The translations under genes and the position numbers were made by a program. Positions 31,090 to 40,642 of a stretch of 64,000 nucleotides of DNA are shown in pieces. The first letter of the stretch is position 1, and every line of letters begins with the position of its first letter. Source of the DNA: an uncultured Methanosarcinaceae archaeon (GTDB lineage Archaea; Halobacteriota; Methanosarcinia; Methanosarcinales; Methanosarcinaceae); the NCBI GenBank assembly GCA_963721455.1, contig CAVRJG010000039.1, forward strand, positions 192,001 through 256,000, given 5' to 3'. The notes under the pieces were generated by a model. The model worked only from the letters and a program-made list of their open reading frames with translations. It had not been told where the DNA came from and ran no database searches.

Positions 31090-31794
31090 ATGAAACTGCT
31101 TGTAAGTCCAATCAATAGAGAGGAAGCAATTATCGCTTCCAGAGGCGGCGCAGACATTGTGGATGTCAAAAACCCGAAAGAAGGTTCCCTTGGTGCGAAT
31201 TTCCCGTGGATAATAAGGGATATAAAAGAGGCTGTAGATGGTAGACAGCCGATAAGCGCAACCATAGGAGATTTTAATTACAAACCAGGGACTGCTTCCC
31301 TTGCAGCATTTGGAGCAGCAGTTGCAGGAGCGGATTACATCAAGGTGGGCCTTTACGATATTCAGACTGAAGCCCAGGCCCTTGAGCTTCTCACAAAAAT
31401 AACACGAGCTGTAAAGGATTACGACTCGACAAAGAAAGTAGTTGCCTCAGGATATTCGGACTACAAACGTATCAATTCGATTTCTCCACTATTGCTTCCT
31501 TCAATTGCCGCAGAGGCTGGGGTAGATGTAGTAATGGTTGATACAGCGATCAAGGATGGAAAATCTACCTTTGAGTTCATGGATGAGAAAGAACTTAAAA
31601 AATTCACTGAACTTGCCCATGAATACGGACTTGAAAACGCGATTGCCGGTTCCCTGAAATTTGAGGATCTTCCGGTACTTGAAAGGATAGGACCAGACAT
31701 TATTGGTGTCCGGGGAATGGTCTGCGGCGGAGACAGAGGAACTGCAATCCGGCAGGAACTGGTAGAAAAGCTTGTAGCTGAGTGTCAGGCCTGA
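31090..31794 (+). CDS. mfnB: (5-formylfuran-3-yl)methyl phosphate synthase (methanofuran biosynthesis)
   Basis: MKLLVSP, DVKNPKEGSLGA, SATIGD, DYIKVG, DTAIKDG, AGSL, GVRG. Confidence 0.93.
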   Translation: MKLLVSPINREEAIIASRGGADIVDVKNPKEGSLGANFPWIIRDIKEAVDGRQPISATIGDFNYKPGTASLAAFGAAVAGADYIKVGLYDIQTEAQALELLTKITRAVKDYDSTKKVVASGYSDYKRINSISPLLLPSIAAEAGVDVVMVDTAIKDGKSTFEFMDEKELKKFTELAHEYGLENAIAGSLKFEDLPVLERIGPDIIGVRGMVCGGDRGTAIRQELVEKLVAECQA

Positions 31795-31896
31795 GAAATC
31801 CTGTGAATTCAATATAAAACTTGAAATTTATGCCGGCAGGTCGTTCAGGCAGGCCGGCCAAAACATAAATATACGCAGATAACTATTTTTAGACTG

Positions 31897-32430
31897 ATGT
31901 TTATTTTTGGACATATTGGGATTACTCTGGGGATCTTTTATTTCCTGAGCTGCTTATCTTCAAAAAATAGCTTCTGGGAAAAAGTTCCGTGGATTGCAAT
32001 CGGGGCGCTCCTTCCGGACTTCATAGATAAGCCTCTTGGCAGAATAATCCTGGCTGAAACCATAGGAAGCGGGCGCATCTTTGCCCACACTCTACTTTTC
32101 GGCATTCTGCTGGGCCTGGCAGGCTATTACCTCTACCACACGGGGAAACCCAAACTCCTGATTATTGCAGGGGCGTCTTTTTGCCACCTTCTTGAAGACC
32201 AGATATGGAATACGCCTGAAGTATTTTTCTGGCCATTTTTAGGCTGGGAGTTTCCGGAAGATACGATTTCCGGGAACTTTATCGAGTATCTGATGATAAT
32301 CTTCAATAGATCATACGATCTCGCATTTACAGGTGTTTTCATCTCAGAAATAATTGGATTGCTTATAATTGTCCTTCTTACTGGCAAATATATTCAATCG
32401 AAAATGAAAGAAAATTCTGTAGTAAAATAA
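31897..32430 (+). CDS. Membrane-bound metal-dependent hydrolase (YdjM-like)
   Basis: GH, LLPDFIDK, R..AHTL, HLLED, FWPF motifs. Confidence 0.85.
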   Translation: MFIFGHIGITLGIFYFLSCLSSKNSFWEKVPWIAIGALLPDFIDKPLGRIILAETIGSGRIFAHTLLFGILLGLAGYYLYHTGKPKLLIIAGASFCHLLEDQIWNTPEVFFWPFLGWEFPEDTISGNFIEYLMIIFNRSYDLAFTGVFISEIIGLLIIVLLTGKYIQSKMKENSVVK

Positions 32431-32466
32431 ATAAAGAGAAAAAGAGAGAAAATTTAACTCTAAGGT

Positions 32467-32527
32467 GGGAAGTCCCCTTCCTCAAGAACCCGAGCTTTCA
32501 GGCAAAGGTCCGGGGAGGGGCAGTTCA
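32467..32527 (+). mobile_element. Orphan IS200/IS605-family right-end-like sequence
   Basis: GGGAAGTCCCCTTCC...GGGGAGGGG-CAGTTCA: subterminal GC hairpin ending in TTCA; no tnpA/tnpB nearby. Confidence 0.55.
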
Positions 32528-34324
32528 TAGTTTGTGTTCATAAATTTCTATATTAAGAGAATCGTAGATCTTGTGTACAGGATAATCGTTCTGAGCCCTT
32601 GAGGTGTTTCCGGTAGAAACTGACGCTTCATCGGATTCTTGTTCATTCAGGCTCAAAGCCTCTGAAAAGGCGGTTACCACAAGATAGGAAGGTTCGTTTT
32701 CTGCTGCTTTATCTAAAGGTATAATCCCTTCAGAATCACTTTTAGAGGCATAAATAGGTCTTGCAGAGATCTCAGCAAATTCAGCCGACCGGCTAAGATT
32801 GCCGCTAAAGGTTCCTGGCAGGGTGCTGCTTCTTTCCTCACCTCCGGAGGACATAATATATGGATAAGTTTCTTTTACTCCGGATAACCACTGAATTCCT
32901 TCTACCTCATTTTGTGAAACTACTTCAGAAATTTCACCGGTATATGGAGAACTGAAGCAGGTAAAGAATCCCAGGGTCCAGAGAAGGCAAAGAACCAGGA
33001 CTGCAGAGCCAAGGCCAAGGGTATATCCTTTTCTGAGGAAAATGACATAAAGAGAATACCCCAGCAGAGGGATCTGAGCAAAAATAATGAAACTCAGATT
33101 TGCAAACCTATCTGGAGGGTAAGGAATAAAGGGGTTTAAAAGGAAGGCAAGCTCCAGGAAAAAGGTTGCGATATAGAGGATCAAAAAGCGGGGATACCTG
33201 CGGACGAAATGGTGGCAAAATCTTTTACGGTTCTGCCATACGATTACGGAATTGATCAGAATAAAAATTAATGGAATATAGTACTTGCCGTAATAGAGAT
33301 TTGAGAGATGCACGAACTCGAAAAAACCATTTTCTGTTCCTGGCACTCTGGAAAAGGCTGTCGCCATTAACGTCTCAGTGCGCAGGACAAGAGTTGAAAG
33401 GAAGACATCGAAAAACTGGGAAGCGTATTTTGCATAGAGCAGGAAACCTCCCGAGGCAAACGACAGGAAGATAAATACAGGGACTTTCCTTCCCTGGTGG
33501 GAACCGGAAAGGAAATTAAGACTCCAAATTTTACGGAGAGATCCGGACTTCAATATTTTGCTCGAAATGCCAAGGCTCAGGGAAAAACAAACCATGTATG
33601 CAAAAATGAAAGGATGGGCTAACGGAATCAAAGGCAACATTAAAAGAAGGCAAACAGCCATTGCCCTATTATTATCATAAAGAGCGTTTCTCAGCACAAA
33701 AAGGTAGAGAGGCACCAGGCAGAAGCACAGATAATAAGGATCTGTCGATGCCTGAAAATGCCCGAAATAAGGAATGAACGAGGAGAGAAATGCTACTGAG
33801 ACTAGTTTTTCCCTGCTCATGAAGACTCGGTAAAAAAGGAACATTCCGGTAATAAACATGATTGAAAAAAAAACTGGCAAAAAATAGGAGAGTTCCCACG
33901 TCTCCAGGCCTGAAACCGAAGATAGGGATGAAACGAGCAGAGGACCCGTAGGAGAAAGGCTGGAAAAGCCTGAAGGATCGGAAAGTGCACTCTGTCCTGC
34001 AAGCCCAATGTATGAAAAGTATTCACCCCTGCCTGCTGAAACATAGCCAAGCATGTAAGGGATGATCAGTACCGTAATGTGAACGAGCAGCAGTATAAGA
34101 ACTGCACTTATTTTTCTGTATGCTAGGAGCAGAACGCAGGCTGAAAGGTAACAAAGTAGCAGGGCTAGGTAAAAGTGAAAAGGAAGCTGCTCATAGATGT
34201 TGACTGTATACCCCTCGGGCGGGATTCCCCTGAGAATAAAGAGACTGTAAACCAGTAGTAACAGAGAAATCGAGGTTACAAGATTTAATATGTTATTGGT
34301 GATTTTAGACAATGTGTCCCCCAT
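32525..34324 (-). CDS. Multi-pass membrane protein associated with glycan clusters (GT-C/polymerase-like, unassigned)
   Basis: About a dozen hydrophobic segments; GYTVNIY and terminal KIYDS..IEIY shared in pattern with 52596-54380. Confidence 0.75.
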   Translation of the reverse strand: MGDTLSKITNNILNLVTSISLLLLVYSLFILRGIPPEGYTVNIYEQLPFHFYLALLLCYLSACVLLLAYRKISAVLILLLVHITVLIIPYMLGYVSAGRGEYFSYIGLAGQSALSDPSGFSSLSPTGPLLVSSLSSVSGLETWELSYFLPVFFSIMFITGMFLFYRVFMSREKLVSVAFLSSFIPYFGHFQASTDPYYLCFCLVPLYLFVLRNALYDNNRAMAVCLLLMLPLIPLAHPFIFAYMVCFSLSLGISSKILKSGSLRKIWSLNFLSGSHQGRKVPVFIFLSFASGGFLLYAKYASQFFDVFLSTLVLRTETLMATAFSRVPGTENGFFEFVHLSNLYYGKYYIPLIFILINSVIVWQNRKRFCHHFVRRYPRFLILYIATFFLELAFLLNPFIPYPPDRFANLSFIIFAQIPLLGYSLYVIFLRKGYTLGLGSAVLVLCLLWTLGFFTCFSSPYTGEISEVVSQNEVEGIQWLSGVKETYPYIMSSGGEERSSTLPGTFSGNLSRSAEFAEISARPIYASKSDSEGIIPLDKAAENEPSYLVVTAFSEALSLNEQESDEASVSTGNTSRAQNDYPVHKIYDSLNIEIYEHKL

Positions 34325-35155
34325 CCTTTTAGAAAGTTACAGAGTCCAGTTTCCGCACCCAGGTATGAACTATCCCTGAAACAGTGGTTTCACTCCTAAG
34401 AGTTTTGCTTTAACAGGCAGCACACAGGCCCAAAAACTTTCGTTCCCACCATGTTCGTCGTTCGTTATTCGTTTCTCCTCTTTCTCATTTTTCCTTATAT
34501 CCAATCGGCCCAACAAATAATTAATGGTTGTGCCCGGAACGCAGGTTGATATACCTGCCTCAACCTAATTAATGTTTTCATGGATTAAAAATTTTCAACA
34601 ATTAAAGGCTTTCGGGCATTATGCTTCACTTTACTATTTTTGCCGGAATAATTCACGGCATATAACGTTATATTTTCCTTGAATACGGATTTTGCTGCTA
34701 TTAGAGTTATACCCGGTCTTAACTTCCCGGATTGAAGATTGAGCTATCCAGATTTATTTTCCTATTCCCGCCTCCGACGGGGTGATCCCGGGATATTCCC
34801 CCAAGAGAGAGAGCATTAAGATCAGAATAATGAGGTGTTTTCCTCTAAAGGCAGGACTCAGGGCAACCGCCGGGACCACATGCCGCATTCCGAAAAAAGG
34901 CAAATTCAATTCCGGATCGACTGGATTAAGGTTAATTTACGAGGAGGAATTTTCCAAAAAATTAGAAGCAGACAGCTAATCCATATAAACAATATAAAGT
35001 GACTGCACTCAACTACCATAATATGGTTTTTAAGCAGGTCGGACAATGAGTCCAATAGGAGTTCTGGTCTTTATTTACCGGCTCCGATTAGAAAATTTTG
35101 AAGACTTTGATAAAGTATCAGACTATTCTAAAGGATTATACTCCTGAGTAATTCC

Positions 35156-36052
35156 TCATACTCCTGAGTAATCCCTCAAGCATATTTTTTTAATCTCATT
35201 CAGGGTTCTCAGAATGTGACGGATTCTATTTTCTATAAGCTTTCCTTTTATGCTCCAGTAAAGGGGCCTGTTGTTCCCTACTGAAGGAAACCTGGCACAG
35301 GAAATGTCAAGCGGGTGGAAATAGAAGATCGTATGTCCTCTTTTCAGGCTCTGGATAAGCCCATTTAATACTAAAGGAGCTCCCAAAAAGCGTAGGATTG
35401 GGCCTCCGGATGTCGGAATTTTCAGTCCGTTCTGATAATAGGCCCAGGGAAACTCAATGAAGTTTCTATCATTACCTGCATCAAGCCTGCTTTTTACAGG
35501 ATAGTAGGGAAAAGATGAAACTGTATTAAGGGACGAATCAGTTTTATTATAAAGAGAATTTACGGATACTGATGAGTCATATTTGAACCCGATCTGTTCC
35601 AGTGAATCCAGCATCCAGCCGCCTATAAGGGCATTCGGGGCCCTGTACCCTACTACCTTTTCCCCACTAATTTTTTCCAGGATTCTTTTTGCAAGCAATG
35701 TCCTCTGCTCAAATTCCTGATTACTCATTAACCGCGTCTTCGTCTCAGGATCGATTTTGCAGGCGTGGTGCAGCCCATGACATGCAAGCTCATGTCCTCT
35801 TTCCACAATTGACTCGACAAGTCCAGGATAGTGCTCTACGATGTCCGCAACTACAAAGAAAGTGGCAGTCACGTTAAACTCATCAAGAATATCCAGTACC
35901 CTGTTTGTAGGCTCGGTCAGGAAATCGTACCTACCCTCCCATTTTTCAAAGAACTCATTTACATTCCTGTAAACGGCATACGGAGAACTGCAGACTGAAG
36001 GAATGTGATACCAATCCTCAAGATCCACTGTAACCGAAAAACTTCCCCTCAT
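35156..36052 (-). CDS. Polysaccharide deacetylase family protein (DUF3473 type)
   Basis: TVDLEDW, ATFF, HELACHG..H, GYRAP, YDSS, YFHP; ATG 36052 after GGGGGG. Confidence 0.9.
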   Translation of the reverse strand: MRGSFSVTVDLEDWYHIPSVCSSPYAVYRNVNEFFEKWEGRYDFLTEPTNRVLDILDEFNVTATFFVVADIVEHYPGLVESIVERGHELACHGLHHACKIDPETKTRLMSNQEFEQRTLLAKRILEKISGEKVVGYRAPNALIGGWMLDSLEQIGFKYDSSVSVNSLYNKTDSSLNTVSSFPYYPVKSRLDAGNDRNFIEFPWAYYQNGLKIPTSGGPILRFLGAPLVLNGLIQSLKRGHTIFYFHPLDISCARFPSVGNNRPLYWSIKGKLIENRIRHILRTLNEIKKICLRDYSGV

Positions 36053-36721
36053 AAGACCCCCCGCACTACCAACCGCACTCATAAACAAGTAATAAATGCC
36101 TGAGTTATACCGAAAGTTATACCGAAAATTATATGGGAATGGAGATATGCAGATTCCCACTTAATAAAAAACTTACTATTTAGTAAAGGATCACAAGAGT
36201 ATAAAAAATTTTTGAACTGTTCAGTTAAAATAAAAAAAGTGCGATATCCGCAGAAATATTTTATCGTTAACACTGAGAATACAATTATTAAATAAACGGA
36301 TATGTGTAAATATAAATACCGGATGATCCTTGCAAATCGTCCTGCTGGGATATGAATAAGGGGTTTCAGGATCTGAAGAGAGAAACAAAGCGTTACCTCA
36401 ACGGATGATCCCAAATCTAAAGCAGTCACTCAAAAGAGCCTTTAAAAATGTAAAATTAATCGAATCCATCGAGTTTTCTCAGAGTGCTCAGACGAATACT
36501 ATGATAATAAACCATATGGGCTATTATAGAAATATCTTCATAGAGATGTGTAATAAATATGTGGGAAGGATAACACTACTTACTTTTTTGCCTCCCTGTT
36601 GATCCCTTCCATTTAAGACAGGAAGAAATTCAACCACTGTGTAGGAGAATTACGAAAATGGTCAAAATAAATGAGGAGCAGGGCAAAAATAAATGGTTTT
36701 GGCTGCAGCCCTCTAAAGCCG

Positions 36722-36970
36722 TTAAAAAAGTGCAACAACTTTGAAAAGAATGATTGCACCAAAGGAAAATAGCAGTGGAATAATTCCCATATTCAAAGAA
36801 ACTTTCACGGCATTTTCCCAGTGCTTCGACACCGGGAGAAAGTCCCTGAGCAAAAGCAGCAAAAGTAGAGTTGCGGTGGCCACGGATGCACCTTCAGGGA
36901 TCCCTGGTACGGCCATACTTGAGAGCGCACCTGAAGAAACTGAATTAGATGAAATTAAACTTGTAAGCGT
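36722..36970 (-). CDS. Small two-TM membrane protein; possible ACG start
   Basis: GAGGAG-8nt-ACG CTT ACA AGT; (M)LTSLISSNSVSSGALSSMAVPG...LLLLLLLRD...IIPLLFSFGAIILFKV; internal ATG at 36916 lacks a comparable SD. Confidence 0.65.
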   Translation of the reverse strand, partial: TLTSLISSNSVSSGALSSMAVPGIPEGASVATATLLLLLLLRDFLPVSKHWENAVKVSLNMGIIPLLFSFGAIILFKVVALF

Positions 36971-37760
36971 AGTTAGAACTCCTCGAGTTGATTCGCATAT
37001 TTAAGAAACAAATACGCAATCTAATATAAAAATTCTCCTCATACTACTTGAATAATTTGAGGAGAAAAAGTATCGAACCAAAAGTTTGGAGGAAAAGCGG
37101 AAAACGGGCCAATAGATCCTAAAATGTTGAGAGTTTTATTAGTATGAAAATTAAAACGCTGAGGATCCGTAATTGCAAGAGCATTTGAAAGCCTGAAAAA
37201 AGGGCATACTTCCAGATTTAACCGGGGGCCCGATTTTCCCAGATAGTCTAAGCCAGAGGAAAGATTAGATTCAAACGATTGTAGAAAATTCACCTGATTT
37301 TTAGCCGAGATAAAAACATGCTTCTGGTTTGAGCAATGGAAGATTTATGTTTATTGATTTTCGGTACGAGATGTAATTATACAAGATGTAAATATAATAA
37401 TATTGAAAATCAAAGACTGGAGACTGTAATGCAAAATTACGAATGAAAAAGAGAAGGCATGGATTAAAGAACTTTACCAGAAAACGTAAAACAAACGAGG
37501 GGCAGGGAAATAAACCAAATCACTTAAATAATTACAAAGTGTATTCAACTAAAAAATTAAGATAGTTACGGACGTCAATGGGAGTGTACATCGGGAAAAA
37601 TAAATCGCAATCGCTATGGGGTTTACCTCGAGCGTATAGATTAGCCCTATCATTGGAAACGTGAAAAACCGAAAGCTATGTAAAGAGTGACCAGGGATTT
37701 TCATGCTCCAACAGAAAGAGCACCGGGTCAATTAAAAAAACCAGATAAACGGGGGAAACA

Positions 37761-38429
37761 ATGAACTCGACTGAATTTAAAATCCACAATTCTTCTAAAA
37801 TATACGGCACCTCTGTAATCGGGAAAGACACAGTAATACTGGAAAATGTGATTCTGGGGTATCCTGAACACAAGATTCTGATGGAAATCCTGAAACAAAA
37901 TATCGAAATTGAAGATTTTGAGTTCTCAGGCTGTTCCATAGGCCCGAATTCGATTATAAGGGCCGGATCAACGATATTTTCCAACGTAAAAACCGGAAAA
38001 AACTTCAAAACCGGACATAATGTAATGATCAGAGAAAATACGGAAATCGGAAACAATGTCCTCATCGGAACCAATGTCATTATAGATGGGCATGTGAAGA
38101 TCGGAAATAATGTAAGCATCCAGGGCAATGTTTACATTCCAACCAATGTTATTATCGAAGACAATGTATTTATCGGGCCCTGTGCTGTTTTGGCTAATGA
38201 TAAATATCCTATTCGAAAGAAATACGAATTGAAAGGCCCCGTATTGAGAAAAGGTGCATCCATAGGTGCAAACGCCACCCTGCTTCCGGATGTGGAAATC
38301 GGGGAAGGGGCAATGGTTGCCGGGGGAGCGCTTGTGACAAAAAGCGTGCCCGCCTGGAAGCTTGCAGTCGGAGTGCCTGCCAGTATCAGAGAACTTCCAA
38401 AAGATTTAAAGGAATTGAATCAAATATAA
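37761..38429 (+). CDS. Hexapeptide-repeat sugar N-acetyltransferase (WbpD/WlbB-like)
   Basis: IGxN hexapeptide repeats, GASIGANAT, VGVPA. Confidence 0.88.
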   Translation: MNSTEFKIHNSSKIYGTSVIGKDTVILENVILGYPEHKILMEILKQNIEIEDFEFSGCSIGPNSIIRAGSTIFSNVKTGKNFKTGHNVMIRENTEIGNNVLIGTNVIIDGHVKIGNNVSIQGNVYIPTNVIIEDNVFIGPCAVLANDKYPIRKKYELKGPVLRKGASIGANATLLPDVEIGEGAMVAGGALVTKSVPAWKLAVGVPASIRELPKDLKELNQI

Positions 38430-38495
38430 ACTTATCAAAAAACCAAAATTAAGTCGGATAAAGTTTTATTGAGATTATTAAAAAGAGGTCCGAAA

Positions 38496-39578
38496 ATGAT
38501 CCCAATTGCCAAGCCCCTGCTGGGTAAGGAAGAGATTGACGCAGTATCGGAGGTCCTGAATTCAGGCATGATTGCCCAGGGCCCGAAAGTAGAAGAATTC
38601 GAGCTAGCTTTTTCCGAGTACACAGGTTGTGAGTACGCAGCCGCTGTAAACTCTGGCACTGCGGCCCTGCACATTGCGCTTCTTGCCCATGGAATAGGAA
38701 AAGAAGACGAAGTGATTACAACTCCCTTCAGCTTCATTGCAACAGCAAATAGCATCCTTTATACCGGGGCAAAACCTGTTTTTGCAGATATCGAGCCAGA
38801 TACATATAATATAGATCCTGAAAGAATTCAGGAAAAAATCACTTCAAAAACCAGAGCCATTATGCCTGTCCACCTCTACGGACACCCTGCAGACATGAAA
38901 GCCATAATGGAAATTGCAGATGATAATAAGCTTGTTTTGATCGAAGATGCCTGCCAGTCCCATGGCGCAGAATTCCTTGGACGAAGGGTAGGAAGCTTCG
39001 GAACAGGGGCTTTCAGCTTTTACCCGACAAAAAACATGACGACCAGCGAAGGCGGAATGCTCACTACAGACGAAAAAGAAATTGCAGAAAAGGCAAAAAT
39101 GATCAGGGCTCACGGCTCAAAAGTCCGTTACCTGCACGAAATGCTGGGTTTCAATCTGCGCATGACTGATATTGAGGCTGCAATCGGGCTTGTCCAGCTT
39201 GGAAAACTGGATAGATTTACAGCAGCCAGGCAGGAAAACGCAGGAATACTTTCAGCAGGGTTAAAAGGCATATCCGGAATTGTGCCTGCAGAGACAAAAG
39301 CCGGCTGTACCCACGTATTCCACCAGTATACGGTCAGGGCTGAAAAGAGGGATCAACTGGCAGCTTTCCTGAAGGAAAAAGAAATAGGAACAGGAGTCCA
39401 CTATCCGATACCTATTCACAAGCAACCCGTTTACAGGGAACTTGGATACAACGATTCCCTGCCTATTTCGGAAAAAGCAGCAGAAGAGGTCCTCTCCCTC
39501 CCTGTACACCCCGCATTATCCAGAACCGACTTACAGGAAATAGTCGAAGCAACCAAAGAATTTTATGCAAAGGATTGA
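38496..39578 (+). CDS. DegT/DnrJ/EryC1/StrS aminotransferase (WbpE/GnnB-like)
   Basis: [43 protein letters not shown]. Confidence 0.93.
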   Translation: MIPIAKPLLGKEEIDAVSEVLNSGMIAQGPKVEEFELAFSEYTGCEYAAAVNSGTAALHIALLAHGIGKEDEVITTPFSFIATANSILYTGAKPVFADIEPDTYNIDPERIQEKITSKTRAIMPVHLYGHPADMKAIMEIADDNKLVLIEDACQSHGAEFLGRRVGSFGTGAFSFYPTKNMTTSEGGMLTTDEKEIAEKAKMIRAHGSKVRYLHEMLGFNLRMTDIEAAIGLVQLGKLDRFTAARQENAGILSAGLKGISGIVPAETKAGCTHVFHQYTVRAEKRDQLAAFLKEKEIGTGVHYPIPIHKQPVYRELGYNDSLPISEKAAEEVLSLPVHPALSRTDLQEIVEATKEFYAKD

Positions 39579-39623
39579 GTAATTTTCCAGCCAATGCATT
39601 TTCAGAACCAGGAAGTGAGACTT

Positions 39624-40562
39624 TTGATAAGAGTAGGAGTAATAGGTACAGGTGCCATGGGACAGAACCACGTAAGGATTTACAGTGAAATGGAAGGCGT
39701 GGAACTTGTCGGGATCTCGGATGTAGACCAGAAACGCGTCGAAGCCATGGCTACGCAGTTCAAGACAAAAGCCTTTACAGATTATAATAAGATGTTTGCT
39801 GAAGGGCTTGATGCGGTAAGTGTTGTTGTGCCCACTAAGCTGCATATGCAGGTCGTACTCGATGCCCTTGATGCGGGAATACATGTCCTTGTGGAAAAAC
39901 CTATTGCAGATACGACTGAAAACGCTGACCTGATGATCGCAGCCGCAAAAAACGCGGGGAAAATCCTTATGGTAGGGCATATCGAGCGTTTTAACCCCGC
40001 AGTCATAAAGCTCAAAGAAATTATAAACTCAGGCACTTTGGGAAAGATAGTTTCAATCTCGACCAAACGAGTGGGCCCTTATAACCCGAGGATCAGGGAT
40101 GTGGGAGTAATCCTGGATATTGGTGTCCATGACATAGATGTGATCTCATACCTTTACGGCAAGAAAATAAATAGTGTCTATGCTATTGCAGGTGCAGATA
40201 TTCATTCATTTGAAGACCATGCCTCAATAATCCTGCGTATGGACCATAACTTTGCAGGAGTTGTGGAAACAAACTGGCTGACTCCCCATAAAGTAAGGCA
40301 GTTGACAGCGATCGGAGTTAAAGGTGTTGCATATCTTGATTATATTAATCAGACAGTTCAGCTTCATGACAACGAATGGATAAGAAAAGCCAAGGTGGAA
40401 CCAAGCGAACCCCTGAAAAACGAACTCGCCTATTTCATAGATTGTGCTGCAACCGGCAAAGCCCCCAACCCCTGCGGAGAAGATGGAAAACATGCCCTTG
40501 AAGTGGCAATGGCAGCCATAAAATCCTACGAAGAAGAAAGATTAATTGAAGTAGGAAAATAA
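39624..40562 (+). CDS. Gfo/Idh/MocA oxidoreductase, UDP-GlcNAc(A) 3-dehydrogenase (WbpB/GnnA-like)
   Basis: GVIGTGAMG, VEKPIA, GHIERFNP, DIGVHDID; TTG start likely. Confidence 0.9.
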   Translation: MIRVGVIGTGAMGQNHVRIYSEMEGVELVGISDVDQKRVEAMATQFKTKAFTDYNKMFAEGLDAVSVVVPTKLHMQVVLDALDAGIHVLVEKPIADTTENADLMIAAAKNAGKILMVGHIERFNPAVIKLKEIINSGTLGKIVSISTKRVGPYNPRIRDVGVILDIGVHDIDVISYLYGKKINSVYAIAGADIHSFEDHASIILRMDHNFAGVVETNWLTPHKVRQLTAIGVKGVAYLDYINQTVQLHDNEWIRKAKVEPSEPLKNELAYFIDCAATGKAPNPCGEDGKHALEVAMAAIKSYEEERLIEVGK

Positions 40563-40642
40563 GCTGGAAAAAGTTTTGAGAAAGTAGAATCCCGAAATTT
40601 TCGGAACAAAACATATCTGAAAAAAATTAAAAAGTGATAAAT

